Source of the DNA: Candidatus Thorarchaeota archaeon
Lineage (GTDB): Archaea > Asgardarchaeota > Thorarchaeia > Thorarchaeales > Thorarchaeaceae
Reading direction: 5' to 3'
DNA length: 32,000 bases
Assembly: GCA_003345555.1 (NCBI GenBank)
Contig: PRDJ01000036.1
Location: 82,003 to 114,002, forward strand
Part shown: piece by piece, positions 9,128-17,000 of the stretch
How the letters are laid out: each line of letters starts with the position of its first letter
Numbering within the stretch: position 1 is the first letter of the stretch
The notes under the pieces: generated by a model
Database searches by the model: none
Seen by the model: the letters and a program-made list of their open reading frames with translations, nothing else
Told to the model about the DNA's origin: nothing
Translations under genes and position numbers: made by a program

Positions 9128-11023
9128 CTATCTATACTTCACGAACCAAAGGACGAGTCCTAGGACGATAACTCCTCCGGTAGCTACTGCAGCCACAATC
9201 ATTGCATTCACGATGAGAGCGGCAGAGACTATGACCACAACCTCTGAAGCCACAGCGTTTCCTCCTAGGTCAACGACCGTAAGAACAACCGAGTACCGTC
9301 CCTCCGGCAGACCCGAGAAGTCAAAGCTGATACTTTCAGAAGTCCATTTCTCTGAGACTATGAGAACACCGTCAATGGTTATGTTGTATGTGAACTTGAA
9401 TTGATCAGTCGCGGTCCAATTCCGTACGATGTTGATGTCGCCAACAGAATAGTAAATCGTAGGTGGACTGTAGACGAAGACAGGAGGCACATCATCTCTC
9501 TTGACTTGGACGGTCACATTGTCGATGGCAGAGTTGCCACTCGTATCGTTAACCCAGCACGAGTAGACATAGGTGCCTATGCTCAGACCATCCACACTCA
9601 CGTGCACATAAGGTTGGTCGGCAGTTAGAGAACCGTTGGCCACGCTTGTGCCGTCTCTAGAGACCATGTACTTGTCCATGTGAGATTCTGTGATATTCCA
9701 GCGTATGCTGTGTCCTGTCTCATTAAAGACGTACTCAATGTCACTCGGACCTACTATGACCGGTGTTACATTCTCGTAGATTCTCAGATTGATAGTGTCT
9801 CGCGCCTCATTGCTGTTCTTGTCGATAGCTACCAACTGCACTGAGTACCTACCAAGCGCGTAGCCCGTGACATTGAGCGTACAGTTGTACGGGCTTGTGC
9901 TCCATGTTATAGTCTTGTTAAGAACACTGTCAACGTAGATTTTCAGTGTCTGAGGGTTCTCATCAGCAACCGTCCAAGTAATAGTTACATTCTCCGTTTC
10001 GTAGAGGAATTCCTTATCACCGGGGCTAGTGATCACAGGGTCTCGAATGTCTGCTGACACGCTGGTCAGGTTGTACGAGTAGCTTCCGAGCAACTTGCCA
10101 TCCAGTGTTACCGTCCAGTTTACGAACGCAACTGGCAGCTCGAGAAACCTCACGGTTCCATTCGCCGGAGTGTACTTGTAGTCAATTACTGTACCGTTCC
10201 TGTAGGTCACGTTTACAAGTGAACCGGCTATCGGGCTCTCGCTGGTCTCGTAGTACGTGAAAACCTCAAGGCCATAGTAGTTGGCACCAACGAACAAGGG
10301 TGCAATAATGTTGTGGACTAAAATCGCAGTCCCGTCTGATGTGAAGTTGGCCTGTTGCAGTACAGTTCCTGCGTAGGTCCCTGACATCACCGCTACTTTC
10401 CACGTGTAGTTGCCTTTCGGTATTTCGGAGAAGTAAGCAGTCCCACTCGTGCCCAGAACGACTTGGCTCCACGCGCTGCTATTGTCCCTGAAGACTATCG
10501 AGAAGTTCAATCCTTTTGCCGGGTTACCCTCTATATCGACAACACTCGCATTCAGATCGTCGTCATCGTTCTGCCAGTCAAGGTTCCCAATTCTCACAGC
10601 AGCAAACGCTTCGGGCCCATTAGAAACCATTATGCCGGTCTTGAATATGCTCGGAAAGAGAGGAAGAGTCACATTCCATCTGTAGGTTGAACGGGGCACA
10701 TTGTAGAAAGTGGCCGAACCGTCGCCCACAGTTGTCTTGTTAGAATACAATGTGAGGTCGGTCGCGTTGTACAAGCTCACGCGTGCTCCCGCGATAGGCA
10801 GAGTGTAGTTCTTGACGTAGAATAAGAAGTCATCATCATTGAATGACTGATTGTAGTTTATGGTCCTGTTAGTGACAACAAGATTCGTGGCTGCGGTAGT
10901 CCAGGGCGTGTTGGAGGCGACTGGTCCTGTTTGGGTACTGCTCTCGAACCCGATTGGGACTGTGTAGCTTGCGAAAACGACCAGAATCAAGGTGAGTGCA
11001 ATCGCTTTGTTGAAATCCCTCAT
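9128..11023 (-). CDS. Secreted, C-terminally anchored cell-surface glycoprotein with three beta-sandwich (CnaB/carboxypeptidase-regulatory-like) repeats and three Ig-like repeats
   Basis: Signal peptide; three 'PIAG..V........T..G...F...P...Y.W.V' units; three 'P.I..P.D......I.W....G.Y......D..GN' units; about 28 N-x-S/T sequons by manual count; C-terminal TM followed by KYR. Confidence 0.8.
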   Translation of the reverse strand: MRDFNKAIALTLILVVFASYTVPIGFESSTQTGPVASNTPWTTAATNLVVTNRTINYNQSFNDDDFLFYVKNYTLPIAGARVSLYNATDLTLYSNKTTVGDGSATFYNVPRSTYRWNVTLPLFPSIFKTGIMVSNGPEAFAAVRIGNLDWQNDDDDLNASVVDIEGNPAKGLNFSIVFRDNSSAWSQVVLGTSGTAYFSEIPKGNYTWKVAVMSGTYAGTVLQQANFTSDGTAILVHNIIAPLFVGANYYGLEVFTYYETSESPIAGSLVNVTYRNGTVIDYKYTPANGTVRFLELPVAFVNWTVTLDGKLLGSYSYNLTSVSADIRDPVITSPGDKEFLYETENVTITWTVADENPQTLKIYVDSVLNKTITWSTSPYNCTLNVTGYALGRYSVQLVAIDKNSNEARDTINLRIYENVTPVIVGPSDIEYVFNETGHSIRWNITESHMDKYMVSRDGTSVANGSLTADQPYVHVSVDGLSIGTYVYSCWVNDTSGNSAIDNVTVQVKRDDVPPVFVYSPPTIYYSVGDINIVRNWTATDQFKFTYNITIDGVLIVSEKWTSESISFDFSGLPEGRYSVVLTVVDLGGNAVASEVVVIVSAALIVNAMIVAAVATGGVIVLGLVLWFVKYR

Positions 11024-11256
11024 CAAGTGTCACTCTCTAAGTGCTGCGAATCGACAGAGTTTGTGCCAAGTTCGTGGCTTGCCGGCGGCGAACCTTCGGG
11101 GGGCATAAAAGCATTTCCTAGCAGACGCCGAATATGACTGCGTTAGTCCAAGGACATCTTGACCAGTTCGCCGGTCAGTCGAAGCCTACATATGGCAGGG
11201 TTTCTCCTACAATTCGCGCCCACACGGTGTAGATGAACGTTAGGATTGTTTAATGT

Positions 11257-12096
11257 ATGAACTACCAAGAGGGAAGCATTACTGTTGGGGTAGGTCACAC
11301 ACTGTACTATCTAGCATGCTTGCCCATTGAGTGGAGGAAGGGTGTGGTTCAGATTGTGCATGGCTATGCCGAACACAGTGGCCGATACGAGAACGTACTA
11401 AACAAGCTCGTACCGGCTGGCTATGCAGTCTATGTGATGGACCTTTACGGACATGGCAAGAGCGATGGAGATAGGGGGCACGTTGACTCGTATACTGACT
11501 TCATTAGAGACCAGCTTCAGATGAACGACGTGATTCGTGAGAAAGAAGGATTTGACACGCCTATTTTCATGCTGGGTCATTCCTTGGGCGCGATGATAGC
11601 CACACACTATGCTGCCATCCATCAGGCTACTCTAGATGGCCTGATTCTTTCGGGAGCAGGTACGAACTATCCCGACCTTACAATGGGTAAGGCCGTGCTC
11701 GCTGCCAGCCTCAGCAAAGCAACACCAAAGAGGATGGTGACTGCTGTCTTCCCATCTGACCGCTTGTCAAATGATCCCGAGGTGGTCAAAGCATTCCAAG
11801 ACGATCCTCTTGTGTTTGCCGGCAAGATGAGTCTGGGCTTGATGGAAGCGATGAGAAAGCTCTCAGCCGGCATGGCGAAAGCAGCAGAGAAACTCACTTT
11901 ACCCATTCTCATTCAGAAGGGTAGCGACGACAGGGTAGTGCTAGGAGCTGAAGAGCTGTTTGTTGGTCTTGCTCATTGTAGAGACAAGACATACAAAATG
12001 TACGAAGGCCTGAAGCACGAAGTGTACAACGAGATAGAGGTCAAGAGAGAGCAAGTGCTCGACGACCTTCTCGAGTGGCTGGACTCCCACATCTAG
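11257..12096 (+). CDS. Alpha/beta hydrolase, lysophospholipase/monoacylglycerol lipase family
   Basis: 'VHGYAEHSGRY', 'DLYGHGKSDG', nucleophile elbow GHSLG, acid 'GSDDRVV', histidine 'GLKHEVYNE'. Confidence 0.9.
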   Translation: MNYQEGSITVGVGHTLYYLACLPIEWRKGVVQIVHGYAEHSGRYENVLNKLVPAGYAVYVMDLYGHGKSDGDRGHVDSYTDFIRDQLQMNDVIREKEGFDTPIFMLGHSLGAMIATHYAAIHQATLDGLILSGAGTNYPDLTMGKAVLAASLSKATPKRMVTAVFPSDRLSNDPEVVKAFQDDPLVFAGKMSLGLMEAMRKLSAGMAKAAEKLTLPILIQKGSDDRVVLGAEELFVGLAHCRDKTYKMYEGLKHEVYNEIEVKREQVLDDLLEWLDSHI

Positions 12097-12332
12097 CCCG
12101 AAAGTGGCAGCTTTGAGCGAAGGACAATGCAACTCAATGAAATACAATCGACAGCTGCCTTGTCCGCAATAATCATCGATGTCGCGTTAGAGGAGCTAGA
12201 CTCAAGGGTTTGCACATCTACAGCAGAATACTCGGTTTCTGGCTGAGTTTAGTCCCCTTTTGAAAAAGAAACTAATTTATGGACAGACTTGTCGATATAT
12301 GACACCAATCGATCAGGATGTGATAATAGCGG

Positions 12333-12734
12333 ATGCCAAGAATAGCAGATATTGAAGGAATAGGTGCTTCATACGCTCACAAACTCAAGTCGGTCGGCAT
12401 AGCTTCTGTGGAGGCTCTGCTCAAGGCCGCCGCCTCTCCTAAAGATAGGGACGAACTGAGTAAGAAAATAGGGATACAGGCAAGCACTATTCTGGAATGG
12501 GCAAATCGAGCTGATCTGTTCAGGATCAAAGGGGTTGGCGCACAGTATTCCGATCTTCTTGAACAGGCAGGAGTCGATACTGTGGTCGAACTCTCAAAGA
12601 GAGTTCCAGAGAACCTGCACGAAAAGCTCCTAGAAGTGAACAAAGGCAAGAAATTCGTCCAGAGACCACCCTCCATCAAGGCCGTGCAAAGCTGGGTAAG
12701 TCAAGCCAAGAAGTTGCCTAGGAAGCTGGAATAG
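12333..12734 (+). CDS. DUF4332 family helix-hairpin-helix protein
   Basis: 'IEGIG..YA.KL..GI', 'WANRADLFRIKGVGAQYSDLLEQAGVDTVVELSKRVPENL', 'RPPS...V..W..QAK.LPR'. Confidence 0.85.
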   Translation: MPRIADIEGIGASYAHKLKSVGIASVEALLKAAASPKDRDELSKKIGIQASTILEWANRADLFRIKGVGAQYSDLLEQAGVDTVVELSKRVPENLHEKLLEVNKGKKFVQRPPSIKAVQSWVSQAKKLPRKLE

Positions 12735-12774
12735 AGCTCTCTGAATCAGAACAGTATAACCTATGAAAGTGCGC

Positions 12775-13025
12775 TGGCTGCATTGCCTGCCAAATAGGCA
12801 ATGCCCCCAGCCACAAACATAGTCCGTGTGGAGCATGTATCCACGGGGACTCACACACGAGGGTAATTCCGGGTAGCCTAAGCGAAAGTCCACACAACAG
12901 CTTGGATTACCGTATTGGACTGCAGTATTCGTTGATGAAAGGTACAATCCGGCTTTCAGCGAGTCTGTTGGCACTTGGCATTCTGTTCAATGCAGAAGCA
13001 AGGACGATCTTCGTTGATTGCTTCT
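12775..13025. other. Cluster of inverted repeats (possible structured RNA or element remnant)
   Basis: Stems at 12775-12813, 12821-12851, 12862-12911, 12936-12958 and 12994-13025, in a region with no convincing CDS. Confidence 0.35.
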
Positions 13026-13132
13026 TGTGAGTGAGTGCATATTTCTGAAGGACCAGTTTGTCGCTTTGGTTCAATGCTGTATTCTTGCACTCTATTACCC
13101 GGCTGAATTGCAGCCCATCAGATTTAAATGGC

Positions 13133-13162
13133 TTTTATATGGTCAGCCTCTGACCTATATAA
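13133..13162. promoter_or_regulatory. Putative tbp promoter: TTTTATAT and TATATAA boxes in inverted arrangement
   Basis: TTTTATAT at 13133-13140 and TATATAA at 13156-13162 lie just upstream of the ATG at 13180. Confidence 0.55.
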
Positions 13163-13179
13163 GGCAGAGGACCGATTTT

Positions 13180-13842
13180 ATGCCAAGACCCAAACCCCAC
13201 ACGAAGATAGAGAACGTCGTAGCTTCAGTGATTCTTAACCAGCGGCTTGACTTGGATGAGATTGCCGCGACCATGCCCAATGTCGAGTTTGATCCCGAAC
13301 AGTTCCCGGGATTGGTATACAGACTCAAGAAACCCAAAACAGCCACACTGATTTTCAACTCGGGCAAGATGGTATGCACAGGCGCGAAGAGTGAGAAGGA
13401 AGCCAAGCGAGCCGTTCACAAGATTGTAAAGAACATCAAAGAAGCTGGCATAGAAATCACGGGAAAGCCCATCATTGTCGTTCAGAACATCGTTGCGAGC
13501 GCGTCACTCGGAGCAGAACTGAATCTTGAGCTCGCCGCTATGAAACTCGAGAACACTCTCTACGAACCAGAACAGTTTCCCGGCCTCATATACCGCATGC
13601 GTGACCCCAAAGTCGTCATACTCCTCTTTGGATCGGGGAAGTTGGTGATTACTGGCGCTAAGTTCGAACCTCAAATCGATGAGGCAGCAGAGAAGGTTAT
13701 GGAAAGACTCCTTGAGCTCGGCGTCATGAGAATTCCTGAGGGAGAAGACTGGGAAACTGTCGAAGAACCAAGCAAGAAACGTCAACCAGTAAAGAGAGAG
13801 CAAGAAGAGGAAGAAGACGAAGAGGACGAAGATGAAGAGTGA
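13180..13842 (+). CDS. tbp: TATA-box-binding protein with an acidic C-terminal tail
   Basis: Two direct repeats 'IENVVAS...DPEQFPGLVYRL..PK...LIFNSGKMVCTGAK' and 'VQNIVAS...EPEQFPGLIYRM..PK...LLFGSGKLVITGAK'; tail EEEEDEEDEDEE. Start placed at MPRPKP (13180), not the TTG at 13018. Confidence 0.97.
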   Translation: MPRPKPHTKIENVVASVILNQRLDLDEIAATMPNVEFDPEQFPGLVYRLKKPKTATLIFNSGKMVCTGAKSEKEAKRAVHKIVKNIKEAGIEITGKPIIVVQNIVASASLGAELNLELAAMKLENTLYEPEQFPGLIYRMRDPKVVILLFGSGKLVITGAKFEPQIDEAAEKVMERLLELGVMRIPEGEDWETVEEPSKKRQPVKREQEEEEDEEDEDEE

Positions 13843-13921
13843 TCGGGCAGTTCTATTCAGGTAGTAGTGAGCCCTAGAGAGTCCAGATTCGTGTTCTCGG
13901 ATATTCAGACGACAACTCAGA

Positions 13922-13992
13922 AGTTCAGTTCTGAACTGCCAAGAAGACTGTGATACGAACTTCACCCGGACTACTGTACGCGTTGGTACAGT
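13922..13992. terminator. Two hairpins in the convergent tbp / AOR-ligase gap, possible terminators
   Basis: AGTTCAG-TT-CTGAACT (13922-13937) and ACTGTAC-GCGTTG-GTACAGT (13973-13992); no clear U-tract. Confidence 0.25.
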
Positions 13993-14077
13993 CGGTAGGG
14001 TCTACGCAATCCTTTGTCATCTATCGAGAATCATCAGACCACCTTAGTCCCGATGGTGGGATTCTGTACAAATCCGC

Positions 14078-17000
14078 TTACCGCATCTTGGCGAGTTCTT
14101 CTTCTCTAAGCTTCTTCTTGAAGAGCTTCATCACCATTGTCAAAGGCAATTGGTCCCTAAACTCTACCGATTTTGGAATGGCGTATGGCTTTACCTTGTC
14201 CTTCAGGTAGTCGATGATATCCTGCTCCGAAACCTTTCCTCTGTACTCTGGCTTTAGCTGGATGAACGCCTTTACCCTCTCGCTGCCGGGCCTTTCTGGG
14301 TCGGGAATGCCTATCACACCTGCAACATCAACAGCATGGTGCTCGTGAAGGATATCGTCGAGGACCCTGCTATACACCTTGTTGCCTGAGACATTTATCA
14401 TATCTTTCACCCTGTCCACGATTCTGAAGTAGCCGTCATTGTCCATCTCGACAATGTCTCCCATTGGCAGCCACCCGCCTTCCTTGAGCCCACTTCCAGG
14501 CACCGGCCAATATCCTCTCATGACTTGGGGACCACGAATCCAAATCTCACCTCGTTCATGGACTGGTAGCTCCTTGCCTGTGTCTGGGTCAACAATCTTG
14601 ACTTGTGTGTCAGGGACGGGAATGCCGACGCCCCTTTTCGTTTCAGCCATGAAACCTGTGACCTTGGATAGAGCTGATATGTTGATGGTCACGATTGCTG
14701 AAGTCTCGGTTGCACCGTAGCCCTCGCCCGTAGGTACTCCTGTTTTCTTCTCAAACTCCTCTGCAAGATTCGGCGGCAGCCCGGCCGCACCTGAGAAGTA
14801 GAAAATCTGCGCTTTCTTCAAATCCATCCTGCTGAGCATGGTGTAGTGAGCCGGCACCGCAAAAACAACGAAAGGACGTTGCCGGTTTATTATGTCGGCG
14901 ATTCTTGAGATGTCCCGCGGATCTACGAGGTATATCTTCATACCCCACGAGATGCACGCATGAACAGCCCAATGTCCGTACGCATGGAAGATGGGCACGC
15001 AAATGAGACCGGCGCTCTTACCAATGATTCCTTCCTTTAGCGGATCCATCATCCATTGGATTGATTGTATCACGGCACTTGTGATATTGTAGTGGGTCAG
15101 CATGGTCCCTTTTGGAAGTCCCGTAGTGCCGCCTGTGAAGGGCAGTAGGGCAATATCGTCACACGGGTGAATCTCCACTGTTTCTTGATGGGGCTCATGT
15201 TGTTCTATCAAGTCACTGAGAAGGAAGCAATCATCATCTTCAATCCGTTCCATTTCAGGGCGTTCATAGTCCGGGAATACCCTTGTAGGGGTATGGATGA
15301 CGACCCTTACGTTTGTCTTTGGCTTTACTCGATTTACTCTCTCCACGCGCCTGGATGAGCAGACCACGATTTGGGCCCTACTTTCTTTGAGTTCATGCAA
15401 CAAATCGTCTTCCTTATGCATAATGCTCAGAGGTACATGAATGGCTCCAATCTTCATCGCGGCATAATCGGTCATTATGAATTCAGGGCATGACGGCAAC
15501 ACTGTGGCAATTGCATCCCCTTTCTTCACACCGAGGGCTGCAAAAGCTGATGCAAGCTTGTCGACCTTCAGTCTCAACTCCCGATACGTGATATGCTCAT
15601 CCAAGTACTCACAGGCTTCAATGTCAGGGAACTCTCTTGCTGAGTCCTCTAGGAACTTGTAGATGTTCATCTGAGGATAGGGAGCCATCGAATGCTTGAG
15701 CTTGAAAGGACCTATCTTGTAGCCGTTGAGCCAGGGTCTGTCGCCAACGACTCCGACTGATGCTGCTGGTACAGCTCCCGCTGTTTCATTGTCGGAGGTA
15801 GCAACCTGCTTCATTTGTGCCCCTGTAGTTCCTCTCCCAAAACCCCCGTATTCAGGGATTGAACCAGCTACCCATTCCAGACCGAGTTCCTTCAGTTTCT
15901 CTACGGTGGGTCTTCCTTGGCTGTCCCATCCACGATACTTGTAGTATGCGTCCAAGAGAACCTCCAAGTTCACAACATGCCCTTTTGCCGGCCCTTCAGG
16001 CATTGGGTCCTCTAACAGCCGTGGAGGTAAGGTGTCATCTTCCCGTGTGAATCCTTCTCTCAGAATGTATGCCCTCTCTAGGTTGTAAATCCGTTCACCT
16101 GTTTTGCGAAAGTCATCTGCAGAGAATTCATAGCCCATCAAAGTGGAGATCAATTTCGCCCAGTCTTCAGAAGTGAGCACCATCCCCATGAATTTACAGC
16201 CGCCAATGGCATCAAAAATGCCAAGTGCGTCCTCGAAATTCTTGACGACTAGTGCTATCTCCGGAATTTCCATTAGCGGGTCGCCCACATCTGCGTTCTC
16301 GACAATCATGAAAGGCATAGCAAGGAAAGCAGGTCCCTCGATGTATGCTGTGATGTGGTCCCCGCCGCGGTTGGCAACAGCATAGGCAAGTCCTGTTATC
16401 TTAGCAGCTCTGCTGTCATAACCCGGAAGCTCTAGTCCCTTGACATGCATAGCAAACCTCTCGGACCCATTGCCCAGCTTGTCAGCTATTCTCATTGTCC
16501 CCTCAGCAAGAAGGTTACCAATCCCCTCACGTCTTCCAATCTTGTGAACAATGTCAACTATGAGTTGCGCATTTCCCCAGGAGAAATCCATGCCGTCAAG
16601 ATCCTCATGTTTCAGAATGCCGCGTTGGTAGCACTCCATGGCAAACCCGACGGTGTTCCCTGCGGAGATTGTATCAATGCCGTATTCATTGCACAGGAAG
16701 TGTGCGAGTGTGATTGCTTCTAGGTTGTCTACATCACACATGGTCCCAAATGAGCTAAGAGTTTCATATTCTGGACCTTCTCCTTTGCTCTTGAATGGTC
16801 CCTCCCTAATCTCAGATACTCTCCCACAATGGATAGGACAAGAGAAGCATGGCTTTCGCTTCACCAGGATGCTGTCATTGATTGCTGTTCCGTTGATCTT
16901 CTCTGCATTCTCAAAGACACCAGTCTGCCAGTTTCGGGTTGGGATGCCTCCCTTAACATTGACCAAGTCAACCATCGTGGCTGTTCCATAGACCTCAAGG

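Noticed and set aside
12732-12797. Amber read-through of the DUF4332 TAG (pyrrolysine)
   Set aside because: The protein is already full length for the family, and the extension is 20 unremarkable codons.
12814-12825. CAAACATAGTCC resembles the group I intron S element
   Set aside because: There is no upstream GACTA (R element) to form P7, and no host gene is interrupted.
12890-12958. GCGAAAGTCC and TACAATCCGGCTT resemble RNase P RNA conserved regions CR-I and CR-V
   Set aside because: They are only about 45 nt apart, far too close for even minimal RNase P RNAs, and the P4 pairing would be only 5 bp.
12630-12974. 114-aa Cys-rich minus-strand ORF
   Set aside because: It overlaps DUF4332 antisense, has no recognisable motif, and coincides with the hairpin region.
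13018-13179. 54-aa N-terminal extension of TBP in the ORF track
   Set aside because: It has no TBP-like features and spans the TATA-containing promoter; ATG 13180 gives a normal archaeal TBP.
13504-13965. 153-aa antisense ORF with a Phe/Leu-rich 'TM' segment
   Set aside because: The hydrophobic run is just the reverse complement of the GAA/GAG-rich TBP acidic tail.
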